Below, piece after piece: positions 14,696 to 28,661 of a stretch of DNA of 64,000 nt. The notes below the pieces were generated by a model. The model ran no database searches. It was not told the DNA's origin and was given only the letters and a program-made list of their open reading frames with translations. The number at the start of each line of letters is the position of its first letter. Position 1 is the stretch's first letter. The stretch is from Kudoa neothunni (Eukaryota > Animalia > Cnidaria): positions 1,442,733-1,506,732 of the forward strand of contig OZ199840.1 of the NCBI GenBank assembly GCA_964304625.1, read 5' to 3'. The position numbers and the translations under genes are program-made.

Positions 14696-16156
14696 ATGAG
14701 CCATTACAAAGAGAGTGGTAGAGCGAAAGGCAATTTGTATGGACCATTTCGAAAACCTAGATCCATTAAACGGTACATTTATTATTTATAGCATCAACAA
14801 CCAGTTGATCCATTCTACGAAGTGATATAGTCACTTTATAGAAATCCATATATGAAATTATGAGTTATTTATTTAGGACGTTCACTAGAAGTTGTACTAT
14901 TGAAGTAAATGAAAATATTTTGATTATAGTAACATTTTATATTTTCTCTTTGCATTTCAATAATATTAAATTATCTCATTATTTATTACGACCACAATAA
15001 TTGTGTCTAGTGGGGTTTTTAAACATTTAAATGGATGTATTTTTGTAGAATCCAGGAACTTCAGGCCAGTTAGAGTATCCAAGACCCCCGCATACCTACG
15101 CGGAAATATTGAAACAAATCATATCGGACAGCAACAAAAACCTCAGTCTATCTGATATATACAAAATATTGGCTGAAAAATACCCCTATTTTCAACATGC
15201 TCCTATGGATTGGAAAAACTCGATTAGAAATTGGTATGATTTTTGCGAATTTACATTTCATTGGTTGGTGTGATTAATAGTTTGGATTTGATTTATTTTT
15301 ATAGTCTGTCAACCAGCCCTGCTTTTATAAATATCAGTCATTTTGATAGCAAAGGATTTCGCCATCGATATTGGGTTCTTGATGAGAACATGCTACAGAA
15401 GTCCCCCAAGACTGTTTGTGTTGGTGTCGATGGCGCCGCAGCATCCACCACCTCACCTATACAACCTACTGTCAACGTCGGTTCACCTCCTACGATCAAC
15501 AGCCCACTATACGCACTTGATAATGTGGAGTGTAATAATCTGGGGTCGATGCAGAAAAACCACACCACATTACCCATGCAACCACAATATCGTTTTGAAG
15601 AAAATCGAGATATCTTGAACAGCATTGACTCAAATTTTAACAATCTTAATGATGCGGTTGTGTGCAGCAATTATATGAAAATATTTTGTATTGAATTTAT
15701 CCGTGGAAATTGCTATCCATGCAACCTCATACACGATATTGGAAAGAAGCATTTTATCCCATGCAACTGCCCCGTTTGTCTGGAAGATTCCTCACAACCT
15801 TCAAAAAAATTCAAACCAAATGATCGAGATCGAGATCGAATTACAGAAAATGAGTATTTATTTTTATTATTTAAAAATCAGTTAATGAATAAATTTGATT
15901 AGCATTCATAATATCGATCTTAACATGTCCACAATATCTCTGGGAAACTTCCAGAATTTTCAAGGTAAACTTTACTAATCCTTCAAAAATTATGTTTATT
16001 TTATCAGAAAATACACACACCACCCGTTCGAATTCCCTACTTATTTCTAATGATAATAATTTTGCTGATAATTGCAACAGTAAAAATGATGATAATAATA
16101 ATAATAATAATAATTTGGATAACGAGGTTTCCGCGGAAGATAATTTCTCCGACTGA
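14696..16156 (+). CDS. Divergent forkhead-box transcription factor with a Cys/His-rich cluster (5' exons tentative)
   Basis: RPPHTYAEILKQIISDSNKNLSLSDIYKILAEKYPYFQHAPMDWKNSIRNC (intron 15234-15304) LSTSPAFINI...RYWVLD is a winged-helix domain. Downstream exons splice in frame to TGA at 16154-16156, and the last exon has an (AAT)n poly-Asn tract. Confidence 0.85.
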
Positions 16157-19100
16157 TATCACAATTTTTGTGTTCGTATCTAAATTGAAATTTGCTATAT
16201 TTTATAATAAACATTTATGAATATATTTAAACGATAAGTTAATTTTTTGTGTTTTTTTGCGAATTATTCATTAATGTTTCATTTATTAGAGTTATTTTAA
16301 TCTAAAAATAACAGTTTTAAATATATTGAGATAATAAAATTTTTGATTAATTACGGAATCTTAATCAAATTAATTGAGCTTATTTTTCGAACTTTCTTTT
16401 TATACATACAATGCACTACATTAGCGGTGAATTGTTCCGAAAATTGCATGACTTTAATTAATGTATGTGACTAAACCCGCATTAATTTTTTGGTAAAATT
16501 ATAACAAGTTAATTTCAAAATTTTCGGCTGGAATTTTTTTCCCTCGTTTCTTCTTATACTGTTACAATTATATTTACTAGGATAATTAAATACGTCAGAA
16601 AATTTTGAAATATTTCTGAAAATTAAACAGGGTTTACATTAGGCCGATTTTTGAATGAACCGATTAGAAGTTCAAAGTGTATTAGCTTGGATTTAGTGAC
16701 CTATCCTCAACTGCCCTCGCCAGTGGCAAACCTGATGATTCGTTTTTCTAATCACAAGTGGAAATACTTTAAACCTAATTTTTCAGTCTATGTTTATATA
16801 TCAGACAACTCAGATCATCATACACGATAACAAAGCAGGCTTGGTTCTTAAGGTAGGATACTCATAAGTAATATTCAGTGAAAATTATTGTCCAAGAATT
16901 TCATTTGTTTTTGGATGTAATTCGTTGATTAATTGCAGAAACATTATAATATAAAAATATTTTTTTTAGATTTTGAAAATTTTTTAAAAATAGAAAAGTT
17001 TAACTAACCAATGCATGAGCCGATCACCTTTGTTTATAGGCTTTTCTATGTTGTTAAGTTAAAATAACAAACAAAAATTAACTTAATCCCAAATATATTA
17101 TTTTAAGTTGATAAAATGTCACTCGATATTTCTAAGACAATAATTATAATAGGTATAAACTTCGTCAGTATGAATGTAAATCAGAGTATCCAACCATTTA
17201 TTCTCAATTTCCATCCTTTAGTAATATGAAGTAAATATACCCCTGATAATTATTTGCACATAATATAAAGGAGATCAAAACCGTTAGATTCGCAACAGTT
17301 TCTACTACCATCCGTATGTACCTAGCTAACTGCTTCTAACGTTTTTTATTTTTTAAATAAACTCACCATTTTATTATATTTTTGTCTAACTGGCTTGAAA
17401 GATGGTGTCAATATAAGAATTGTTAAAAATGATGTGTCTATTATTGATCAATTTTTTTAACAACGTTACTATCATTTTGTTGAGGAAATAATCAGTTTAG
17501 GGGATTTAGAAATGGAAATTCACCAGAAACAAAATGCCCCACTAATTTGGTACCTAAAATTTTTTATGTAAATACTTTAAGCAGAAGAATCTCATTCCAG
17601 ACAAAGCTTACCTTCAACATCATTTGTATCAGAAAGTGAATCTAAAGCCAATTAATTGAATTTCGACAAAAGTTCCTATATGGAACTCTGCGATGTTTAA
17701 TTAAATATATTTTTAAGTAGGAAATAGGGCAGGTACTAGAACTTTCCAGTTGATGCAAAAATATACTTGTTTTTACTCTAGTATATTCCACTCCTATTAT
17801 AAACTCATATAGAATCGCACCTTTTCTCTTTTTAGCTACAAAATATTTACTTATTTCTCGAATCCTGTGATGAATACAGTAAACTCTCAATATTGCGTAA
17901 TTCATTATTTTTTGAAAATTTTTCTTGACAATGAAGAACATAATCATATATGGAAACAAAAATCTATTTTTGAAGGTTTAATTTTTTATTATGTAAAAAA
18001 TTGGTAAAATTGATGTTCCTGCTATTACGTAACTCAAATTATTGATTTTAATCCCTTTAATCTTCAAAATGCTTTGCGATTAACAACGAAAATGATGTTT
18101 TCCAATGAAGTATTGAAGATAAAATCAAAATTATCAAACATAATGTGATGAATAATCGCGCGCATGGTTGAACGTTAGAAACATGGTTTACGGCGGCGCT
18201 GACAGATTAATTTTAGGCTGATTGCGCTGATGTAACGTTTGGTTACAATTATTACGCTAAATAGTCAAAAAAGATGAAACCTCTCAAGATTAACAAACAT
18301 TTTTCAAAAATAATTATTCGTACGACGCGCACGCATACACGAATATAGCGTAATTTCGCGCTATTGCCGAATTTTTTCTGTCATAAAAAGTTACGTAATC
18401 GATAGCTTACTAAATGTATATAAAGACAAGATTCAATTTGCGGTTTACTAACACACATGAGCATATATTATATTATTGGACGACATTGATGAATCTTCAG
18501 ATAGTTTCAGATGTTTTAAAAATTATTTCAATTACTTTGATAAATTTAAAATATCTGAAAGTTTTTAAAATAAGGAGTTTATAGATTTTAAATTTGTTAA
18601 ATGGATCACTAGAATTCAATAATAGGATTAAAATCCAATTATTTCAGGGTTATTATGAACTCTAGCTAACATTTTATTTAAATGTTATAATCAGTTGTTA
18701 ATTTAACAACAGCACCTATTTGTATATATAGAGTAGGTGTGTTTTCTTATAAGTTGTGCACAAGTGCACTTTTTATAATAGGATAGGATAATGGTAAAGT
18801 ATATGACCCTCAGAAACGTCATCTCGCGCTATTTTTTTCTTTAAGATTTTTTTACGAATAGTTTAGCATAAAAAAGAATATTAAATTCATTAGATTCAAT
18901 TCGAAATAAAATTTTCATCAATTTCTAACTCGGGTTAAATCGGAACAAAGTGTAATCTGCGTATTACTCAATTATTCTCTGAAAAATCGCACATTCTGCA
19001 AGCATTTAATTGATTTGTACCTTAATAATTGTTTAGCACATTTTTTACTTATTCTTAAGACATAAGTAATTGTTTTGGTGCAAGTTTTTGTCTTTGTGTA

Positions 19101-19366
19101 TTTATTATCATTATATTTTAATTTAAACTTTGTCATGATTATTGAAAAGTTATATTGTGACACCTAACAATTAAATAATATATTTTTTAGTTTATAATTT
19201 TTTCTCGTTTCTACTTATATAATACAAAGAATTTTATAAGCAAATTATCTTTTTTAATTTTCTATGAAAATTTAAAAACAATCATTTTTAATGTCCTGCT
19301 CGAATTATGCAAAAGATTATTAATAAAAATATTTATGTTAATATTTTTTTTAAATTTATGCTTTAA

Positions 19367-21477
19367 ACTTTTCGTGCCAACAGGCTACCCTAGTGAACAC
19401 TTATACAATCTCTTAATGTAAAGCTTAATTATGGGAAATACGGACATTAAATTAATTTTTGTAAGCATTCAATCTTTTTTAATACTAAATATATGAATTT
19501 TTAAGAAAATTTTGTAAACATTTTACAGCAGCAAACTTTAAGTCATTATATTATTTCATGAAATAAAGAATACTTTTTCAATAAAATATAACACAAAAAT
19601 TTTTTAGCGCCAAGTTGGAACAAACCTGGGCCACTACATTAATTATAATAATCTGAATAATGGTAAATCGATATCAGAAATAGTTATTCTTTCAAATGTC
19701 GATCTACCAGAACCTGACACGGTTTCTGATGATGAAATGGAAGAATATTGCCAATTAAAAGATGATGATTTCTGTGTTTCTACGTCCGATGACACTGACT
19801 TTGAAAATGATGATGTAGAGTACAATTGGACTAACAAAAGTCTTTTGTTTGATATTCCGGATGATGTTTTTACTTTAACTTCTTCTTTGGCGAATCACTA
19901 ATCTAAATGATAACAGATGATACAAACATTTATGCAACTCAATGTGGAATAAATTTTGTTACAGATGTTGAAGAAATCCAAAAGTATCTAGTGGTCCTCA
20001 TTTTGATGGTTATTGTTAGAATATGTCGTTATCGCTACTATTGGAGCACATCATTAGATTTTCCACACATATCAAACGTTTTCTCTAGAAATAGATTTGA
20101 TAAAATTTCAAAATTTATTCATTTTTCAAATAATGAAGATATCATTAAAGATCAAAACTCGGAAAATTATGACCATTTTCCTAAAATACGACATTTTTTA
20201 GAGCATATACGGTCCTCTTTTTAAAGATAAAACCAGCAATCTGCAATTCAATCGATGAGAAAATGATTCCCTTCAAAGAAAGGTGCAAAGCCAAATAATA
20301 CCTCCTTATTAAACCAACCAAATGAGGGTTTAAAGTGTTTGCTCTATGTGGCATCAGTGGCTTAGTCTATGATTTTATCGTGTATCATGTATCGTGTATG
20401 AGGGAAAACCACCAGCAATTTCACAAACTTGTGGTCAAACTTGGAGTTATTTTGTAGTAAAATTATACGAGACTTTACCAACTTCAAGATCCTTCTTTTT
20501 GTATTTTGATAAATATTTCACATCTACTCCACTGCAGCAACTGTTAAAGATGCGAAACATCTACTCTGTTGAACAATAAGAAGGAACAAAATTAAAGATT
20601 GTCCATTAACCCCGGTAAAACAATTCAGCAATGAAGGTCGCGATTCGTACGATAGCTTCCAAGATACCAAAAATGGAATAATATTAACTCAATGGTGTGA
20701 CGGTTCTGGTGTTACGCTTTCTCCTACTCATTCTTCATCCCAACCCCTTGGTGTAGTTAAAAGATTTTATAGAATGGCTAAAAAGACTGCAAATATTGAC
20801 TACCCGAATGTACTTTCAGGATATAATAAAAAGATGATTGGAGTTGACTTGTCAGACATGTTGATGGCACTGTACAAGTTAAACCACAATTGCCTAAAGT
20901 TGTATATGCGAATATTCTTTTAGGGAATCAATACCGCCATAACCAATGCTTGGTTATCATATAGACGAAATACAAAGATTAATGGTGAGAACAACAAAGT
21001 AATGGTCCTTTTGCCACTTACTCAGTCTATAAGTGAAAGTTTGATTCACTTCAAAAAATCCAATATGATAAAATAGCGTTGGCGTCCTTCATTGGATGAT
21101 TCTAAAGTTGTAGCTGTTGATTGTTTGCATAAAAACAATCGAAATCCCTGTCAGAGTCAATAAGATTTGATGACGTTGGCCATTATACTGAAATAGTGGA
21201 TACAAAAGGAAGGTGCCGATTGTGTAAAAAAAGAACACAATTCAGCTGTATTAAATGTGGAATACCGTGTTGTATTGTTAAAACTCGAACCGGATTCGAT
21301 GGAATTTTTTTTTCGCGCGAGTGCCCAATGGTCATTCTGGTCACCACGGCGAAAAATGTTAAAAAATAATATTCAAACATTTAATTTGGATTCAACATTT
21401 TTTTATATGAGATAAAAAAGAAATATTTATTAAATATAATTTTTATAGCTTGGATTAAAAAATTAGGTGCAAAAGAG
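19367..21477 (+). mobile_element. Decayed piggyBac element with a transposase pseudogene (about 19.7-21.3 kb)
   Basis: Motifs SIDEKMIPFK...KPTK*GFKVFALC, YFDKYFTS, YNKKMIGVDLSD and a C-terminal Cys-rich RCRLCKKRTQFSCIKC, with stops and frameshifts. TTAA at both ends with degenerate TIRs. Confidence 0.85.
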
Positions 21478-22289
21478 TTAATGCGGGCTAATTTAAGGAA
21501 CTAAAAATATGTCGAATTTAAGTTTTTTACAGTAACACGTAGTTAGGTACATTGTACATTCATTAAAAATATTTTAAAATTTATTTTCTTATAATTTAAA
21601 TAATTAACAATTGAATTTACTCATATTTTGTATGATAAATCTTAAGTAGAATTGAATTTTGTATTTTATAAAAATAGATAATGATTAAATTGTTGTTAAA
21701 TATATTTTTATACTATTAAACGAAAGCTTATAATAATAATTTTTTTAATATCCTTGAATTTATCATTAGAATTTCGATTTAATTTTTAAAATAAATAACG
21801 CGAAGTGTTAACATTCTTGCGCGTGTACACACACCGTAAAAAATGCGACAAATTTTTATTGACATACAAAAACAAAATACCTACAATTTTGTTTTTATTT
21901 TCCAGTTATATGTTTTTATGTAGCTTTAGCAAAAAATGTACCATAATAGGAACTATAATTCGAGCCCACCTTGTTCAATTACTCCTCTTTTTATTTCTGC
22001 CTATTTGCCTTAAAATTTCCCACTTGGATTGCAGAGCTGATACATAATTTCCTGGTCAATCAAGTTTTGTTATTGCTTTAAAATTTTAACGAAAGTAATT
22101 TGTTGAAACGGAAATAATAATGGTGATTGATTATTTCTGCGTTCTTCAGTGTAAGTTTTATATTTTTCATCACTCTTTGATAATTATTACATGATACAAT
22201 GAGACACTTTTTAATCTTAATAAAGTTTTTTTTGAATATATTACGATTAATTTAGGATTAGGATTCTTAAATTTTTCAGCATTAATATA

Positions 22290-23016
22290 CAGTAGGTAAC
22301 CGGTAATGCGCACTTTCATCAATACGACGTATTCAAAGTTTATAATAGATGATACTTTTTATAATATTTTTATGATTGTAAAAAGATAAATGTCTTTAAA
22401 ATCTTTTTGAATTAAATTAGGAATTTACCAATCTGCCGTACCACGTGACTAGCGGATAATACGCACTTTGTTGGCAAAACCACTTAGATTTTATCCTTTT
22501 TTATTGGAAACGAAGGAAAATTTTTGTAGAAATATTAGAAATAATGGAAAATAATTACAAAATATATCAAAAAGCGCAATAATAGCCATCATTAGACTTT
22601 TACAGTATACGCTGCATCCAAATTATGTAGTAAGGTGAAGTTTTTTAAAATTTTAGAGTGAAAATATAAAAACTTTATTTTCATATTGTACTAAATATAA
22701 ATATGAAATAAAATAACATTTATAATTTCATAAAACTGACCATTTACTAAATTTTATCCCAATGTAAAAGGATATAAATATTTTATGAAGATATGACTCG
22801 AAAAAAATTTACAAATTATTTTTTAGCTAAATAACCTTAATAATGTATTTTTAGTCATTCTAATCTAAAAATTAATTGTATCACTCATGACAGAAAATAA
22901 GGAAAACAAAATAAATTAACCACTCTCGTATTTCACTGCTTATTATCGGTTGCAACGTTTAGTACACGCTTTTTGTGATTGTCCCAAGGGAATTACGTAC
23001 TATCGATTGCCCATTG
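22290..23016. mobile_element. Old pogo/Tigger-type MITE
   Basis: TA|CAGTAGGTAACCGGTAATGCGCACTTTC versus the reverse complement of the right end, TA|CAATGGGCAATCGATAGTACGTAATTCC. About two-thirds identical, mismatches mostly transitions. Confidence 0.5.
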
Positions 23017-23339
23017 TACAACGTTTTGAATTCATCTTCAACAAAATCTTTAGGAATAAACGCGGGTAAGATAACACATTTAATGAAAGTTTTAAAATCT
23101 AAGACATTTTTGTTTTTCTAAAGGATAAGTTTTAGACTCTTATCCTTTAAATAGGTTGTCAGAGATGAAAAGAACCGTATAACACGTTATATTTTGATGT
23201 TTTTTTAAGCTCTCTATGTTGTTATTTCAAAATCGATAATCATTGTTTTTAGTAATATCATATTACTCTTTTCTTTTAGTAACACAAAAAACTAAATGGA
23301 ATTTTTCTCATACTTATCCGATATCAAAAAGAAAGCTAA

Positions 23340-23652
23340 TAGGTAAACCTGACTGAATAAATCCACTCGGAGCCAACGTCCTTGAAGTGATAGGGTTTGT
23401 CGTGTATCCCCCACAGGACGCAGATTTCTAGCAGGTCAAACTGATAAGTCCGCCTATTAAGCAATCCTATACTACCTTACGAATTAGCGAAGCTCTGATA
23501 TGTTTTGGCGTTTTTCCGATTTTATGATGATTCGCCGGATGTTTAAGCCGCGTACTTTAAACTTATAGTTTATTGTGTGAGATAGCCACTTGGGAAAAGG
23601 TAATCTCTCTCCCAAAGGTGCGGAGGGAATTTTTGCTGCGTAAATAAAAAAA
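23340..23652 (+). mobile_element. SINE-like fragment related to the SINE at 52.0-52.5 kb
   Basis: Shares GAGCCAACGTCCTTrAAGkGATAGGGTTTG with 52251-52280, is GC-richer than its flanks and ends in an A-rich tail. Confidence 0.5.
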
Positions 23653-24334
23653 ATTATTTGACACTTAAAAGGACGACATTTAAAAAATATGATTAAATCT
23701 ATTCACTGATGGATTAATTTAAATTAAAAAACATTTTTTATCGTTTTCGGCTCTTAAAATTAGAAAACTTCATTTCGGGGCCATTTCGAGTATTAAAGAA
23801 TAATAAAAATATTAATTGTACTAAAAACGGGTGTAAAAACACGATACTTTAAAAAATTATGATTTAAATCACGTTTATTCAATGATAAATTACATGGATA
23901 AAATAATTTTTCTCTTTCCAACTCCAGTAACTCCTCACAAAAAATTGTTTGGTATATAGATATGATAACAATATTTCACAGTATGGAATATATTTATTAT
24001 GAAACCTAAATTAAACACAATTTTTTAATATATCAATTATTAGGACATACATTCGCGCATACGTATATATCAACATGTAAAATTGGACGAAGGATTCTAT
24101 TTTCCAGTAAAATAAACTACCATAGTACATATGAATATGGGGAAATTTTTATTTAATTATATAAAGTTCATTATTATCAATATAACTACAAAATATATAA
24201 AATAAATATAATTTGAGTGATTAGACAGTGGACATGTAATAAAAAAGTTTCAATAATTTATTAAATAAAATGTATTTTTATAACTACATAAATATAACGA
24301 TGAATAGGTTCTCTGTGATAATTTATGTACATGA

Positions 24335-25225
24335 TTAATCCAATTTTTTCCGATTGGATGTAATTCTCGACTGAAGCTATAAGTTTAAATTAAACCACAA
24401 CAATAAAATACAGATGTTACCTGATCAAATCCATCAAGTTGATGCAAAACTGTACTGTTGAAAAGATTTCCGGTATATTCAAAGGTTGTTATGTGGGTTT
24501 CCACGAAAAATTCTCTACTAAAGGCGTTACCAGTGAGTTTGTTGTGTTGAAGTCGTAATATTCGGAGTTTTTTCATTTTATGGATATTGGTTGGAAGATT
24601 TTGCAATAAATTGTGGTCGAAACTCAACTCAGTTATCTACTATAAATAAAGCAACACAATGAAAAAAACATTTACATTGCATTCAGATAGATCTGCCTCT
24701 ACGAGAATTATTTGATTATTGGACACGTCCAAACTTCTTAATGTTTTAATGTCGAAAATTGGCTGTTCCAATTTTTCAAGGTTATTATGAGAGAGATTAA
24801 GATTTTTTAGGGATGTCATTTGTGAAATGGTGTGTGGAATAGAAGAAATTTTGTTGCAACTTATATCTAATTTTTCGAGCGATAATAAACCACCAATTTC
24901 ATCAGGTAGTTTGACTTAATGCATTAATATTAAAGATATGACATTATTTGGATGAATTTTACCAATTTTATTGGATTTAAGATTAAGAATTTTTAACTTG
25001 GTAAATTTTCCTATCCAATCAGGAATAATTTTAATGGTGTTAAATGAAAGATCGGCCGATTTAAGTTTTTCACATGCTGTCTCAAATTCGGGAGGAATCT
25101 AAAAGCTCATAACAAAATCAGCTAAACAACATTAAAATTACATGATTCACATGTTTGCGAGAGACATTAATCATTCCATATTTTGTCGACGACTCTCTGG
25201 CATGTCTTACTTGAGCATTTCCCAT
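24335..25225 (-). CDS. LRRC57: Leucine-rich repeat protein 57
   Basis: Spliced MGNAQVRHARESSTKYGMINVS...LKSADLSFNTIKIIPDWIGKFTKLKILNL...KLRILRLQHNKL...GNLFNSTVLHQLDGFDQLQSRITSNRKKLD*. Both termini match LRRC57 (MGNS..., GNLF...LEGYDKYMERFTATKKK). Confidence 0.85.
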
Positions 25226-25855
25226 TTTCCGCAAAGATTTGACCTCAAATCACACTATCCTATAGTAAAATTGAGATGAAAAGCATATAAACTAGAAATA
25301 TAAATATGAAATCTAACTTTAAGTTAACTAATCAAAACAACAATGGAAAATGGGATTTTTGGGTTGTGAGAGTAGTCGGACGTTTTCGATTTTTAACCTC
25401 AAAGCCGGATTCACTCGGAGTTTGTACATTTATTCATAGAATGTTATTTTTTCCAAATGTGATTTTTTGTGATATTATAGGGTTTATATATCAATACAAG
25501 TGTTAAAATGTAGAACGGTGGCCGCTTTTTCCGATTAAAGATTATAATTAGTTCGTACGTTAATCCTATATATTTTATAATAAATTAAGGCAGTGAATTT
25601 CTCGAAAATTACTCAAAATATTAAACTCAAAATTTATACATCGTCATAAATTAGTTTAACTTAAGTTTTCCTTAAATTTCAATATTTTACGTAAACGACA
25701 ACACAAATACCGGGGATGATACTTATTTTTCATATATTAAAAAAACAACAATTAGAATTAAATATAATAGGTTAAATAATTTTTGATCCTTCAAATCATG
25801 CTTTGGGCGCGCGTTCTGCTCTTACAATTTGACTAGGTACGCGTTAAGTTCAAAC

Positions 25856-26096
25856 ATGTTTACACTAGGAACACGATTTGACACCTTAGAGGATCTTAAT
25901 AATGCCATTTTAGATTACGAACAATCAAATTTTTATAACTTTTATAAGTATCAAGCTAAATCTATTTTGAATATGCGAGACAGAATTACTAAATCAGTCA
26001 ATCTAGCTCTACGTTATTATGAGGTTACTTACTGTTGTATTTACAGAGGTAAAAACAAACCAAAATCTTGTGGCAGTAGAAATAAACCCGCTTTAA
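25856..26096 (+). pseudogene. MULE-transposase/ZSWIM3-like N-terminal domain fragment truncated by a piggyBac insertion
   Basis: LGTRFDTLEDLNNAILDYEQSNF...LRYYEVTYCCIYRGK resembles the N-terminal domain of ZSWIM3/Mutator-type proteins. The frame runs into the piggyBac TTAA at 26093. Confidence 0.55.
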
Positions 26097-28661
26097 ACTT
26101 TCTGGTACCAACTGGGGTATTTGAGAGACCCCCACATTATCTATTTTTATAATTCAAAAATCAGCCTCTGATAGTCTTCAAAGTTTCCGAATTTCTCTAA
26201 TATTATTATTTCGATATTTTAATAAAAATAAGTTTTTTATAATATGATTAATTCTAATGAATAAATTCCAAATTAATGCTACCCGTTAATTTTGAATGCA
26301 TCGGACTATGTTTCTAATGTTACATATTTGTTTTATATATATTGAAGATAGCTTTAACAGTCGAAAATTTAATAATATCCGTTCTAAATATTACCGCTAT
26401 TGGATTAATTAGGATTAATCCGACCAAGCCGAGCACAAAGTTTTTCTTGCGGATATTGAGGTAATAATTGTTAAATTACTCTTTTGATGCATCCGTAATA
26501 TTTAGTATGAGACTAGACCAAACTATTGAATGATGTTGGATGTTGAAAAAATTATTGAAGATTTTTCTTCTGTAAATAATGATAGCTGCTCAGAATATAA
26601 AATATCTGAATCAGCTGATTGTGTTATTAGTGATATAAATAATGATGAAGATTTTCAAAGTGACGTTAAATTTCGATTAACTAGATCCCATTGATGATTC
26701 TATTTTTTTCTCCCCCATCTGGTCTTGAATGGTTCAAATGAATTTGTTCGAAAACTAAATCACATTACATCGTTACTTCACCCACAGGCATTTTAGAAGA
26801 ACCTAAAAATATAACGTCCACTTTTTATGCTTCTGAGTTGTTTATGTCGAAAGACAATTGATGAGGTTGTGAATACACCAACAAATATAGTGAAGAAACT
26901 AACCCAGAGAGTCACGCAACAATATCTAAAGATGAAATAAAAGCATTTATAGGCATATTAATTGCTGCTGGGCGTTCAAATGGTAAGATGCTTGCTCACA
27001 GGAGTATGTGGGATGGTAGCCTATTGTTCAACCAATTATTCTTCCCCACAGTGATGCTCAGAAACTGGTCCACTTAAATTTATAGAAAAATCCATTTCGA
27101 CGATAAAACAAATAGAATTTATTGGTTTCAAACTGAAAATTACCAATTTGAACCTTGTCGCCAAGTCTTCAATCTATTTACTGAAAATTGCCTGAAGTAT
27201 TATTCACCTGACACGCATATTACAGTCGGCGAAAGGTGAGTAAGGTTTCGGGGTAAATGCCCGTTTCGAGTATATAGAAAAGTAATCCTGGACGATTCGG
27301 AATCAAACTTTGGGGGCTGCAGACACGGAAACGTCATACCTACTGAATATTCAGCCTTATACTGGGAAGGTTGGTGGAATAAGGATAAAAATAAACATTA
27401 TTTATTGTTTTGATTGTTCCGATTCTTTTGAACAAATTTTATTAATTTTTTTTATACTGAATATGTTTGCAATTTAGAAATTATACAAAAATTTTTATTC
27501 AAAATTAAATACAATATATAATTCATTCTACGATCTCTGATGCATTAACATTTATGGTATATACAATTTTAATCGATTATAATAAATGAATTTTACCTAA
27601 GGCCCAGCGGATTTTCATTTTTTGAATGTACACACAATTACGCCATTCGGGAGAAAAAATATCTGTCTGTTGAACAAACGAATAAAATTAACCCCGATAT
27701 AGAGAAAAAAATATTCTAATTTATGTTTACGTTACTATTTTTCCAACTTCAAAAATAATAAAATAATGGCAAGACAAAAATGATTTTGTTGTACATATAA
27801 ATATTAAAATATAACAAATTTGTTGACTATTATTTTTGGCGTATTAAACATTGATGTTAAAATTATGCAAACTTTGCTCATTGCATCATTTATCGTTTTT
27901 AAATATTATCATTTTATGTACTATTTAATGGAAGTAGCTATTGATGCGACAAACAATATTCAGAGGTCACTAATTTTGGGTATTATTTAACTATTTCTAG
28001 TCCACCGCTTCACTCTTAACAGCCAGGAATAATTAAATAGAGCAGGTTATAAACAATTAAATCTGTATATCGTTTGTGAGCAAGAGTCATTGAGATTAAA
28101 AATTTCCATCGCATAAAGGCATAATGCCGTTTAGAACTAAATTTTACCATGCATATAGCCTCTGTCTAAAAAAATTTAGGAAATAATATAAATCAATATT
28201 GGATTATAGAAGTCTTCGCTCGTATGGCTTAATGACTGATCAAAGCGGCTATCACACCATACACCCACTAATTACGGCTTCCGCGACTTCACCGAACAGC
28301 GATGGGTATTTAGTTGTTCCGATAGTCGTGATTTTGTCGAATTATTCATAATATTTTGATCATTAGTCTTCCAAAGAACCTTTTTTGATATAAAAACGAT
28401 AATGTTTGCTAATTATGTTACATTTTGATGCATTTGTATCATTATTTTTGCTATGGTTTTCGTCATAAACAAAATGAGTTATATATAGATCAAATAACAA
28501 AAACTAATCTTATTTGACATGAATTATCATATTTATGTCTTTAATTTTCGGTGAAATAATTTTGAGCAGATTGAACAAGTTTAAGATGCATTTTGGGTGA
28601 GGCACGTTAGTGACCCCAGTTGGTCACTCGCGTTCTGTTGTAGTAGCTGGTACAGGAAGGG
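26097..28661 (+). mobile_element. Decayed piggyBac element
   Basis: TTAA|ACTTTCTGGTACCAACT ... AGCTGGTACAGGAAGGG|TTAA. Transposase relics IHFDDK, YYSPDTHITVGER*VRFRGKCPFRVY, PGRFGIKLW and YLLNIQPYTGK at about 26.9-27.4 kb. Confidence 0.85.

Noticed and set aside
23520-23632. GCCGG...TAAGCCGCG...GGAGGG resembling a twister ribozyme
   Set aside because: No CCC in the loop to pair with GGG, and no convincing P1/P2 or cleavage-site context.
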